A stretch of DNA of 40,081 bases from Salpingoeca rosetta. Taxonomy: Eukaryota; Protista; Choanoflagellata. Position 1 is the first letter of the stretch. Every line of letters begins with the position of its first letter. Below, in pieces: positions 1 through 15,910 of the stretch. Position numbers and translations under genes: made by a program. The notes under the pieces were generated by a model, which saw only the letters and a program-made list of their open reading frames with translations, was not told the origin of the DNA and ran no database searches. The stretch is taken from NCBI GenBank assembly GCA_033442325.1, contig JAWQFM010000015.1:940741-980821 (forward strand), written 5' to 3'.

Positions 1-181
1 TTCGCTGCACGTTCGTATCACAACACAACGACGCTTTGTTGTGTGTGTGTGTGTGTGTGTGTGTGTGTCTGTCTGTCTGTCTGTCTGTGTGTGTGAATAT
101 TCGCTTGCTCAGTTTCACCACCATCACCACCACCATCACCACCACCATCCCCTCTCCGCCATCACATTTCCATCTCGCCAG

Positions 182-1661
182 TTCGATGAGTCCCGATCTC
201 GCGCTCGCGTGCGAATTCTCCGCGGAGATTGAGACCGATGGCGACGACAATGTGAACAACGCAGCTGCTGGTGGCGCCTTGATCACAGAGGTGCGCATGA
301 CGGGAGAGGCGAGTGACAGTGGTGAGTGAGGGGGCAGTGATAGTAGTGGGCTTACGTCTATCAGTGTGCGTGCGTGCGTGTGCATGTGTGCGTGCGTGCG
401 TGTGCATGTGTGCGTGTGTGCATGCGAATGTGGATACCGTCACCATCACCCTTCCATCACCGTACCACCAACACGCATCACTAACGTTCGCCCCTACCAA
501 CCCCATCACCATCCCCATCACCATCCCCATCCCCAGGTGCCATGCGGGTGGTGTCGGCTGCCGCTGTATCGAGAGGATGGACGTGCCGTGACGGCGGGGA
601 CGCATAGAGTGCAGGTCTTCCCAGGCCCGCTTCAGATCAGCGAGGTCCGTAGTGGGGGAGGGGGGCTGTGGTGTGGCGTGGTTTGATGTCTTGTGGTGTG
701 CTGTGCTGTGTCGTGGAAGTGATGTGTTGAGTTGTGTCGTGTTGTGCTGTGTTGTAATGGCTTTGAATTGTGCCAGCCTTGACACATTCACATCTAACCC
801 TGCCCTCCTCTCCCAAATGCCCCCCTCTCTCTCTTTGTCGTACTCACTGCATTTCACTGCTCCCTCGTGTTTGCGTCGCGCAGATCCGGCGCAGTCTGGG
901 CGAATCGGTCACACACATCGAGATCAAGTGCGTGTGATGCCAGTGAGGAGGAGCTATGCCCTCTTGTCGTTGTTTGCACCTGTGCATACGGCGCTTGCTT
1001 GCTGTACTACACTTGCCCATGTTGGCACGCATGCGCGTGTTCAAACACAACCTTATACATATGCAAACACACGCACGCACGCACACATACACACACACAC
1101 ATGTGTCACACCACGTTTCGGCACGTCATGGTAGGGCGTCGAACATCAACAAGAAGGCGCGGCTGCTGTGCGAGCGAATGCCCCGGAACATCATCGTCAA
1201 GATGTCGGCGATGCCTGTGCTCTCACTCTACCGCGAAGTCCTCGCACACACGCACCTCGCACACACCGCACCGCAGGTCTGAACTTGCCTGCAGGCAAAG
1301 GGTGGAAATGGGGTGTGGTGGTATGTATTCGTGGGGATGTTGGTAGCGATGCTGTCATGCGGGCATGTGTGTGTGTGTGTGTGCGTGTGTGTGTGTGTGT
1401 ATGGACACATGTGAATGTCTTGTTCACTGTGTTTTGTCTAATCCCACACTGACACCAGTACCGTCAACACCACCGCTACTGCCACACGTCAACAGCGCCA
1501 GAATGCAATGCCGCGTGTGTGCAATCCGCTGCTGTCCGGTTTCCCACGTGTTCTCGACAATCCCCACTTGCTCAATCTCTTCAACATGGTCTGGATGGAC
1601 AGCCTCAAGGTGCGCACACCCATGCTGGTGGTGCTGCTGGTGCTGGTGGTGCTGGTGTCAG

Positions 1662-1747
<86 letters not shown>

Positions 1748-2328
1748 AGCGAACCCCTTCCCCGCCCGTTATAAAACCCACGTTTCACACCCGACCACCA
1801 CCATCATTGTCATCACCAGTTGCTGAAGAAGCAGCAGAAGAGCGATCGCGCGTTCATCCGCTCCTGGTTCCAGATGATCTTCACGCAGAAGGTACCGCCC
1901 ATGCCAAACCGTGTCATGTCATGTGCATGTAATGGGACGTGCATGTAATGGGACGTGCACGTATGGATTTGGACGTGTGTCGGTGTGTCTTGCGTCCTCA
2001 TGTGGTATCGTCCCCCATCGCAACACACGCGCCGTCATCACACCACCATCACACCACCACCGCATTGCACATGACGCGTTGTGTGCCGCTTGCACAGGTG
2101 TGGCCGCTGCTGTCTGTCCAGCACGCGTCATCCGCGTTCGCCACGCCGGCGTCCATCGCAGCCGTCGACGACGAAGCCGTCAAGAAGACGCTGTGTGCAT
2201 TCACGCGCGGGGACTGCGTGAAACCGCTGGTGATGGGTGTTGAGGAGCAAGATGCAGCCGGTGGCGTGTACTTTGAACCCTTTGACACGGCCAGTGTCAC
2301 GTACACGCACACCAGCGCAGCAGTGTAG
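182..2328 (+). CDS. NPHP1: Nephrocystin-1 homologue, C-terminal part; the gene begins upstream of the window. Exons approx. 182-290, 537-644, 884-927, 1135-1276, 1496-1609, 1820-1891, 2098-2328
   Basis: Spliced product SSMSPDLALACEF...ITE|VPCGWCRLPLY...MPRNII...LSLYREVL...NPLLSGFPRVLDNPHLLNLFNMVW...LKKQQKSDRAFIRSWFQMIFTQKVWPLL...FEPFDTASVTY. It parallels the recalled NPHP1 C-terminus (SPDLGILFE, ELSCGW, HPMLATFP, LKRSEKRDKEF, HEPFD). The GT-AG junctions keep the frame. Confidence 0.8.
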
Positions 2329-2330
2329 CT

Positions 2331-2388
<58 letters not shown>

Positions 2389-2828
2389 GTCTGAGTGTGT
2401 GCGCGCCTGTGTCTGTGACTGTGTCTCTGTGTGCGCGTTTGTGTGTCTATGTGCGTCTGTGCATGAGTGCATTCACACACACCTGGATCATGCCCACCCC
2501 CACCCCCCTTTCTGTTCTCCTTTCTTCTTCTTTTGTCCACACATGACGAGGCATGACAGCCGACAGCCCATTGTCCATACTTGTTTGTGTGCACGCATGC
2601 ACGCATGCCATTCTTGTGCTTGATAATGTTTACGAGCCCCTGTTTCACCGATACGGCAATAACAGCAACAAGTCTGTACACAAACACACACACGCACGCA
2701 TGTGCATGTGTGTAATTTTGTGCAGTGTGCGTGCGTGTGTGCGTGCGTGTGTGCGTGCGTGTGTGCGTGTTGAGTGTGCTTGCAAGCACGTCACGGAGAT
2801 ACATGATGCATTGCCGTTCGCGCGTCCA

Positions 2829-5531
<2,703 letters not shown>

Positions 5532-6173
5532 CGTCGCGTCGCGCACGTTGTTGTTCTTTCTTGTTGGCGGGCAGTCCTCCAAATTGCCATAATTTTGTGT
5601 GTCGCGTGTCGGACCAATGGCCCTGGTTTAATTTTGCACCAAATCAAAACAAAGAGCGTGTGCTCAAAACCCACCTGCGCGGGTTCCACAGCTGTGCGCC
5701 ATTTTTGCTCTTGTTTGTGTGCCTTGCGCTTTGCTTGTGAAAAGCAAACACCAAGGAAAAAAAAAAAGGTATTCGAATTGTTGTCGCTCCTCCCCCCCTC
5801 AACACACACACAAACAAGCGAGACTCCACCACACACAAACAAGCTCCCACCCCTCCTTCAGACCAGATCAGACCAAGCAACCAGTGCACGAGCATCGCCC
5901 GCTCGCTCGCTCACTCGCTCGCTCCAGCCATTCTTGTGCATTGATTGAGAGACCCGACACACGCTCGCAGGTTGGTGGAAAGGTGGGAAGGAACCAAGCG
6001 GGTGCTCTGCTGCATGCGTGTGTGTGTGTGTGTGTGTGTGTGTCCGCCACTGCGGCTGCATCTACTTTGCATCTGCGTTCTCACACTCGTTGTGTTTGTG
6101 TTTGTGTGTCTGGTGCGGCTGGTCCTCCTTTGGCGTGCCGCCACCACCACCGCTAGCAGCACAACCCTTCAGC

Positions 6174-6220
6174 ATGGCGCTTCCCGGCCACAAGGTGTGT
6201 TTCTTAAGTGTGTGTGTTTC

Positions 6221-6256
<36 letters not shown>

Positions 6257-6556
6257 GTGTGTGTGTGTCTGTGTGTGTGTGTGTCTGTGTGTGTGTGTGT
6301 CTGTGTGTGTGTGTAGGTACTTCTGTCTTTCACGCCGTGATAACATTCAACGTTTCCATGCCATCCTCCATCCTCCTCCTACCTCATGACCTCATCACAC
6401 TCATGTGTACATGCAATCACGCCAACACGCATACAAACCACCACAGCTCGGTCAGACCGAGAACTTGACTGAGCTTGAGAACCTGAACGAGGAGACCCTC
6501 CTGGCCGAGCTCAAGGCCCGCTACGACCGCGATGTCATCTACGTGAGTGAGTGTGT

Positions 6557-6614
<58 letters not shown>

Positions 6615-7087
6615 CTGTGTCCATGTTGTGTCCGGGTGCGTGCGCAGGTGCCAGCCGTCACGGTAATTTGGTTACATTGATGAGGCCTAGTTTGCATGTG
6701 GCTCACACTACGACACACACACATGCACACACACACGCACACACGCACGCACACACAACCACGCTGTCGTCTCCATGGTTGCTGCAGACGTATGTTGGTG
6801 AGATTCTCGTGGCGGTGAATCCGTTCAAGATGATTGAGGGCATCTACGATGTGTCCAAGAGCGTTGTCTACGCCAATATGGGCGACCGCTCTGCCGAGCC
6901 GCCGCACCTCTTCGCCGTGGCCGACGGCGCCTTCCAGGCCATGGTCAACACGGCGCCCGGCCCCACCGCCAACCAGGTGTGCGTCATCTCTGGCGAGTCC
7001 GGCGCTGGCAAGACTGAGTCTGCCAAGCTCTTCATGAAGCACATTATCTACCTCTCCACCAAGACCAGCTCCAATGCTGAAGGTTGG

Positions 7088-7156
<69 letters not shown>

Positions 7157-7812
7157 ACGTGCGTGTGTGTGGGACATGTGTGTGGGACATGTGTGTGTGT
7201 GCACGAGTAATGTTCGACACGCGTCTTACGCTGTTTTCCGCTGCACACCATACAACTACCAACCTTCATCCCCCCAGGCAACGCTGCGCACGGTCTCGAG
7301 GAGAAGATTATCCAGCTGAACCCGCTGCTGGAGGCGTTTGGTAACGCCCAGACGCTCATGAACGACAACTCGTCCCGATTCGGAAAGTTTGTCCAGCTCC
7401 GCTTCAACGCCTCCCACCACATCGAGGTGCGCGGCTGTTCTTTTTGATTGTGAGTGAGAGAGAGAGTGTGTGTGTGTGTGTATGTGTGTGTTCGTCCACA
7501 TGTCAGCTTCTTCACATCTGGAATGCAAACTCACCATCCACCCCCTTTACACCGCTCGCTCCCCCACCTGCTCGTTCTCCTCCTCCATTTCAACGTGCCG
7601 CGAGTGCAGGGCGCGCTCATGTCGGACTATCTGCTGGAGAAGTCGCGTGTTGTGAACCAGGGCGACGGTGAGCGCAACTTCCACGTGTTCTACCTCTTCT
7701 TCGCCGGCCTCACCGACGCCGACCGCGAGCGCTACTCCCTCAGCGACCCGGAGGAGCACAGGTGCGGTGCTGCATACGTGTGGTTGTGTGTGTGGGTGTG
7801 TGTGTATGTGTG

Positions 7813-7887
<75 letters not shown>

Positions 7888-8735
7888 CTTCCGTGTGCAA
7901 AGGTGTTCGATGACACTGTTCGTTGGCAACCACACGCCACCCCTCATATCTCCTTCATACAATCTACACAAACAATCCCTCCCCCCCCCACACACACACA
8001 CACCTCACGCTTTTGCTGCGGTGCACAGGTACATCAACGGGAACGACGTTGCGCTGGGCGACATCAGCAGCGGCAAGCTCGGCCCCATGTACAAGGAGCT
8101 TGCAGAGTGCATCCGCATTGTCGGCTTCACAGACCAGGTGTGGCTCGTGATGTTTGGGTTTGGGACAGGTGGGGAGTCGTCATTGCATCAAGCGTGCGCA
8201 GCGATTGGTTGCGTCTGTGCTCGTACGCCACGCATGCTTCGTGACTCTCTCACACCACACATGCAAGAAACTCACACTCACATGTGTGATGAACCTTTGC
8301 CGACGCTTCCCTCATCCCTCCCCAACTCCCTTCGCTTCCGTCCGTGACTCCAAATGCAGCAAATGAACAACCTGTGGGCGTTGCTTGCAGGCATCCTGCA
8401 CACGGGTGACATTGAGTTTGGCGGCGACGAGGAGGCGTATCTTGTGAGCGCTGACGATGTTGTTGCAAAGTGCACCACCAACCTCGGCATTGTGCAGGAC
8501 GTCCTTGTCGAGGCCCTCACAAGCTCCATCAACATCACCAGAGGTGCGCGCATGCGGGTGTGGCTGCTCAGGTGTATGTGCGTCATGCGTGTGCGTGCGT
8601 GGGTGTGTGGGTGTGTGAATATGTGGATGTGTGGATGTGTGCGTGCGTGGGTGTGGATGTGTGCGTGTGTGGATGTGTGCGTGTGTGGATGTGTGCGTGC
8701 GTGTGTGGAGATGTGTGTGTGTGGGTGTGGGTGTA

Positions 8736-8786
<51 letters not shown>

Positions 8787-10301
8787 TAGCCATGTGTGTT
8801 ATGTAAATCCTTACACGTGTGGTTGTAAGACGGACAGAGATCGAGCCACGAGCGGTGGCACAGTGACTCGTAAACATGTCGCATGTGGCGGATTCTTGAA
8901 GTTACCACCTTGCTGTGCTCACCCTTGTCCCTTCCTCGTTCCACGTTGGTTAGGCGAGTCGATTGTGCGCAAGTACAAGCCGTACGAGGCCGAGGACGCA
9001 CGTGACGCCATGGCGAAATCGCTGTACGGAAAGGCGTTCCGCTGGATTGTGAACCAGGTCAACAAGCTGCTTGGCCCCAAGACAAAGCGCATGAACCCAA
9101 CGGACAAGAACATTGGCATCCTTGACATCTTTGGGTTTGAGTGCTTTGACGTGAACAGCTTTGAGCAGCTGCTGATCAACCTTGCCAACGAGCGCCTTCA
9201 GCAGTTCTTCAACGACCACATCTTCAAGATGGAGGTGCGCTGCAGGATGGTGTTGGTGGTCGTGATCGTGGTCGTGTGCTGTGCTGTGTATGTGAGTGTG
9301 TGTGTGAGTGTGTGTGTTTGTGTGAGTGTGAGAGTGTGTGTTTGTGCATGTGTGTGAGTGTGTGTTTGTGCATGTGTGTGTGTGTGTGAGTGTAGTGCAT
9401 CAACTGTGTTGCGTGTATTGTGTTGCATGTATTTGTGTTGTCGTTCTAAGTCAACCCTTATCCTTCCTCCCCCAACTCTCTTAATCTCACGCTTTCCCCT
9501 TCGCCCCCCCCCCCCAATCTGGCCACGACTGCCATTGCCAGTTGGACGAGTATGCCAAGGAAGGTGTGGACGGCAGCAAGATCACGTACGAGGATAACAC
9601 GGCGCTGCTGGACCTGTTTATGACGCGCCCGACGGGTCTCCTTGCCCTGTGCGACGAAGAGGCCCTCTTCCCCAAGGGCAGCGATAAGTCCATGGTGGAG
9701 AAGTTCCACTCCAACCTCCACGGCAAGAAGGGCTACGAGAAGCCGCGCGGCAACGACCCCAAGTTCACCATCCACCACTACGCCGGCCCTGTTGAGTACC
9801 AGGCGGAGGGATTCATCGACAAGAACCGCGACACCCTCCCCATTGACGTCGTCGGCGCACTCCGCCTCAGGTCCACACGCTTGCGTGTTTGTGATGTTGT
9901 GTGTGTGTGTGTGTGTTCTTGTGTGTCTCTGTGTGCGTTGTGTGTGCGTGTGCGTGTGCGTGTGTTCTCATGTCTATGTGCTCACCCGCGTGGCCTTCGT
10001 TCCAACACACTTGCTCGCAACCCATCCATCCTCCTCACACCCGTCTTCTCCTCCCTCCTCCCACCTCTTCCTCCACCTCTTCGCGCCGCCAATTCCCCCA
10101 ACTGCCAGCGACAACGACCTGGTGCGCGAGCTGTTTGAGGGCGACACGGAGGACGCCGCTGCCGCCAAGAAGGGCAAGGGCAAGCGCGACGCCGCGAACG
10201 CAAAGAAGAACCTCAGAAAGTCAATGAAGAAGGTCCGTGAAGTGTGTGTGTGTGTGCGTGTGCGTGTGTGTGTGTGTGTGTGCGTGCGTGTGTGCGTGCG
10301 T

Positions 10302-10376
<75 letters not shown>

Positions 10377-10706
10377 CGTGCGTGTGTGCGTGCGTGTGTG
10401 TGTGTGTGCGGGTAGACGCGTGGATGTGGTTCCTGTCAGCCACCACCTTCTCCAATCTCTTCTGCCATCCTCCCTCCCCTTCTTGCTCACCGCTGCTTCC
10501 TCTCCAACCACCACCACCACCACCGCCCTCTCCCCTTCCACCACATCACCTCTCCAGGCTGCCAAGGCGCAGGCGAAGGCGAAGAAGACGACGGTGGGTG
10601 CGGACTTTAAGGACTCACTGATCAAGCTCATGGCAGAGATGTCCAACGCCAGCCCACACTTTATCCGCTGCATCAAGCCAAACCACCAGAAGGTACCCAG
10701 CCACGT

Positions 10707-10771
<65 letters not shown>

Positions 10772-12411
10772 TGTACCTGCTCTGTGCTCGCCGGCGTCAT
10801 CCGCCCCCATGAGCGTCAACACCACACTACTCTCGCCACTCACCCAACACTCACGCCCAAATCTCTCAATCCCTCACCACCCATCACTCTAACCACCCAA
10901 CATCAACCGCGCACACAACCCCCCCGCCCCCTTCACAACTTCAGGCGCCCGGGATGTTTGAGGACGAGATGGTGACCAAGCAGCTGCGGTACACGGGTAT
11001 GCTCGAGACAACGCGCATCCGCAAGGAGGGTTACGCCTTCCGCCCGACCTTTGGCGACTTCCTGCACCGCTACAAGATGCTTGGCTTCCCCTTCTCCGCC
11101 AACCCGCCCGCCACCGCTGCCAGCTGCACGCAGGTGCTGGACAAGGCCGGCATCACCGGGTGGCAGGTCGGCAAGACCAAGGTCTTCCTGCGCTACTTCC
11201 ACATTGACGAGCTCAACGAGAAGTTCCTCCCCTTCCCGCTCGCCGCCCAGAAGCTCACAAAGGGTGCGTACTGTCGTGTGCCGTGTGTCTGTGCGTGCGT
11301 GTGTGTGTCTGTATGTCTGTGCGTGTGTGTGAATGTCTGTGCTCTGTGTGCTGTGTGTCTGTGCGTGCGTGTGTATATATATATATATGTGTGTGTGTGT
11401 GTCTGTGTGTGTCTGTGTGTGTCTGTGTGTGTGTGTGTCTGTGCGTGCGTGTGTATATGTGTGTGTGTGTGCGTGTGTGTGTGTGTGTGTTCCTTCGCGC
11501 TGTCCTCGCCTGCCCACCTGTTTCTCCCCCTCGCATCGCATTCACACACCTACGTGTCTTTCTCACCAACCTTTCCCTCGCCCCCCCCCCCACACCCTAC
11601 ATGTCCGACCAGTTGCGCGCGGGTTCAATGCGCGCGCTGAGGTGCGCAAGCTCAAGGCTGCAGCCGCTGAGGAGGCAAAGCGCGTGAACCGTCTCTTCAC
11701 CACCGCCGAGCAGCTCATCAACGACACCCACTCTGTGCTGCTGGCGCTGTGCGACGAGGATAACGCGCGCCCAGCCGACTTTTTTGTCAAGCCCGCGCCA
11801 AAGCCCAAGGAGTACCAGGACAAGGCCATGCAGAAGCTGGCCAAGAAGGCCCAGAGCAAGAAAGCCCAGAGCAAGAAGGGCTTCTCCCGCGCTCAGTACG
11901 TGCAGCGCAACGGCAGGAGTGGAGAGAGAGTGTGTGTGTGTGCGTGTCTGTCTGTCTGTCTGTCTGTCTGTGTATGGGTGTGTGTGCGTGCGTGTGTGTG
12001 TGTGTGTGCGTGCGTGTGTGCGTGTGTGATTATGTTGTTGTTGATGTTGTCAATTGTCGGCGTGGTAGCGCCGCCTTTCTTTGGTTTTGTTCAACTCAGA
12101 AGCTCTGAATGTCATGCAATCACCGCTGTATGCAAACACACGCGCGCATGCACACATTCTCACTCGTCCACTGCTTCACCTGTTTGTGTGCAGGTCGATC
12201 AAGTGGTTCCGGGAGGTTGAGATGAAGAAGGGCGCCGGTGTGTCGTCTGCAGGCACCTTTGAGGAGTGGTTCCACGGTGTCATCACCCGCAAGCAGTCGG
12301 AGGAGCTCTTGCAGGACAAGCAGCCAGGCACCTTCCTCGTTCGCGTCTCCGAGAGCCGATTCGGCTACTCACTCTCCCACAAGTGCGGTGTCGTTGCCGC
12401 TTTGTGTAGTG

Positions 12412-12504
<93 letters not shown>

Positions 12505-12783
12505 GAGCGATGGGAACAGCATACCCATTCGCACTCAACCGCCCTCCCTCACCCCCACGTTTGCTGTGTTATGGCTGCAGGGTGGCGAATGGCCAGCGCA
12601 TCAAGCACTACATGATTGACCAGACCCCAGATGGACAGTACCAGGTTGTCGGAAACCGCAAGCTCTTTGGTCAGTATGGCAGAAAGGCGACAAAGTTGGG
12701 TCCGAGGCCGTGTCTGTGTTTCTGCGCATTTGTGTTCATTGTATTTTTTATGGCGTCTGCACATCAATGCTCACACGACAATA

Positions 12784-12869
<86 letters not shown>

Positions 12870-13039
12870 CCCCCCAAATCCATGCCGCAGGCTCGCTCAA
12901 TGAGCTGGTGCAGTACCACCATACACACAAGATTGTCTCTGGCGACCCTGTGTGCCTCGTGCACCCGTGCGGCCAGGAGGGCGATGTGGATGACCGCGCA
13001 GAACTTGTTGACAAGAAGCACCGCAACATGCTCGGCTGA
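6174..13039 (+). CDS. Unconventional myosin with motor, IQ, short helical region and C-terminal SH2 (class XXVIII-like). 16 exons approx. 6174-6194, 6447-6542, 6788-7082, 7278-7426, 7610-7761, 8029-8137, 8360-8543, 8954-9234, 9542-9870, 10109-10232, 10558-10692, 10945-11263, 11613-11895, 12194-12382, 12581-12669, 12891-13039
   Basis: P-loop [20 protein letters not shown], switch [18 protein letters not shown], switch [18 protein letters not shown] and [11 protein letters not shown]-like [23 protein letters not shown]2 motifs [23 protein letters not shown] and IKHYMI. Confidence 0.95.
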
Positions 13040-13634
13040 GCGACGGTTGCTGATTGCATGAGCGGTAGCGTTCTTGGTGATATCTTGTCTGGTGTGTGTG
13101 CGTGAGTGTGCGTGCGTGCTTGGTTTTGGTTTGTTTCTCTTCTCCTTTGCTTCGTCTTTTTTTTCCCCTCGAGTTCACCTTTGTCTTCGCCTTCTTTTCC
13201 TCCGCGTCCTTCCTTGCTTGCTTGTCTGGGGGTTGGACTCTTTGGTTGTGTGTTAGCTTTACGCGTGATGGAAATGGCGGTTGTGGTGGTTGTGGTGGTC
13301 GTGGCGTGGCGGTGTCATGCCTGCCTCGCTTCCACCTCGCTCGCCTGCCCTTTCCCGTTGCTTTTGGTGTCACCTATCGTGTCCTCGTTTCCGATAAACA
13401 GATGGTGTGGAGAAGAGTGGAAGTGAAACTGAAAATGTGAGCAAGGCAAGAAGGAGGAGAAGGAAGACAAGAAGGGACAAGTGGAACAGGGACGAGGGAT
13501 GTAAATCGGCAGCACGTACACACACTCCAGCGCTCACTGTCCTTGTGGAAGAGTTGTCGTATTTTCGCACAATTATCCAGCCCAAATTTGCCTCCTGTGT
13601 GCAACCGAAACACACAACTGCCAACAAGACCAAG

Positions 13635-15536
13635 ATGGCGACGATGAGGACCTTGGTGAGTTGTGTGTGTGTGTGTGTATGTTGTGTGTTTCGGTTGCAG
13701 ATGTATGCTTGCGCTATGTTGTTTGAGCCACTCACTCACACACACACACACACTCACTCACTCACTCACTCACTCACTCACTCACTCACTCACTCACTCA
13801 CTCACTCACTCACTCACTCACTCACTCACTCACTCACTCACTCACTCACTCACTCACTCACTCACTCACTCACTCACTCACACTTTTTCGTGTGCATGCT
13901 GGTTTTATTTGTCGTGCGTAGGCCCCGTCGGGGCGTCGCTTGACTGCAACGTCCCGTGTCGGCTTTGACACCTTGCCGGATCAGTATGTCAACCGCGAAC
14001 AGCAGCGAGGCTTCCGCTTCAACATTGCTTGCATCGGTACGCCACAACCTATTGTCTGTGTGTGTGTGTGTGTATGTGTGGGGGTGGGGGTGGGGGTGGG
14101 TGAAGACATGGACAGATGTGGGAGGAAGCTTTTGTTGTTTGCGTTCACGAGTCTACACAATCGTCTTATCATGCAAGCACAACACTGCATACTCCTTCAC
14201 ACACATACACACACATACACATACATGCACGCACGTGCATACACATACATGCACGCACGCGCATACACGCACATACATGCACGCGCATATTGATCGCTTG
14301 CTCTTTTCAGGCGAGACGGCCATCGGCAAGTCTGCGCTGCTGGATTCCCTGTTTGACACGGACTTTGAGCAGAAGCCACACAACCACGATGAAGAGCCAC
14401 ACGTCGAGCACAGCTGCAAGGTTGTGAGCGAGGGCGGCGTGGACCTGCAGCTCACCATCACGTGCTCCGTCGGTTACGGCGACCAGATTGACCGCACAGA
14501 CACCTACAAGCCTCTCCTCGACTACGTCGACGCCCAGTTCGAGGAGTACCTGCAGGTGAGATTGACGCACACACACACACACGCACACACACACACACAC
14601 ACGCAGTGAGACGCTCATGCTGTGTCTGGATATGTGTGTGTGTTTTGCACTTGTGCTGTGTGCAGTTTGTGCATTGGGTGTGAAGATGTGCTGTTGAACT
14701 GACCGTCTGAGCACCACTGCATGACTGCATGACTGACTTGCAGGAGGAGCTGAAGATGAACCGACAGCTGCATTCATACACGGACACCCGCGTGCACGCG
14801 TGCCTGTTCCTCGTCTCTCCCACGGGCACCTGCCTCAAGTCCATGGATCTCGTTGCCCTCAAGAAGCTGTGCGACAAGGTGCGTGTGCCCTTCACCGCCA
14901 GCAGTTGAAACGTCGTCGTCGTGGCCATGATAACCATGATAATGATGAAGGTCGTGGTCGTGGCTGTTGTTGTGATGGTGATGGTGATGCCGTCACCGAC
15001 TCTGCGTCGTGTGCGATCAATCGCATGTGCCTCACAGTGTGCCCGGTCTGCTGTGTGGCTGGTTGCATGGCTGCATGGCTGGTGTGCAGGTCAATGTGAT
15101 TGTTGTCATCGCCAAGGCCGACACCATCACCAAATCCGAGCTCGAGCGCTTCAAGCAAACGGTACGCGCAGTCATGGCGCTAATGTGTGTGGGGGTGTGT
15201 GTGTGGGTGTGTATGTTTGTGTGTGTGTGTGTGTGTGTCTGTCTGTCTGTGTGGGTGTGTGTGTCTGTGTGTGTGTCTGTAGTCGTTGTTGTCCAGGCCC
15301 CCTGCCCAACACGTACAAGGCCGTGCACATCTTCTTCACTGCTCACTTCTCCATCCAACCACCTTCAACTCTGATCTGGCCGTTCTTGCCCCCCCCCCCC
15401 GCAATACCGGCTTCAGCTTCGTGAGGAGTTTGCTGCCAACGGTTTGCAGCTGTTCCAGCCAGAGGTTGACACAAACCAGGTGAAGGTGACCGTGTGTGTG
15501 TGTGTGTGTTTTGTGTGTGTGTGTGTTTTGTGTGTG

Positions 15537-15595
<59 letters not shown>

Positions 15596-15867
15596 TTCAT
15601 GGTTGCTGGGCTTGTGTGGACTCCCCCCACGTCGTGTTGATGCGTCAAACGCCGCTCACACCGCGCCACAACCATCACACGCGAACCAACACCACCACAT
15701 CCCCCTTCCGTCTACACCAGTACCCCCTGGCTGTTGTCGGCAGTCAGGAGAAGGTCGTCATTGGTGGCGAGAGCGTTCGTGTCCGCCAATACCCATGGGG
15801 CATCGTCGAAGGTGGGCTGGGGTGTTGCGTTGGGGGTGCTTCAGGGGAGAGGGTTTTGCACGAACTG

Positions 15868-15910
<43 letters not shown>

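Noticed and set aside
291-321. Alternative NPHP1 donor GTGAGT at 322
   Set aside because: It gives the wrong phase for the next exon; the donor at 291 restores the E|VPCGW motif.
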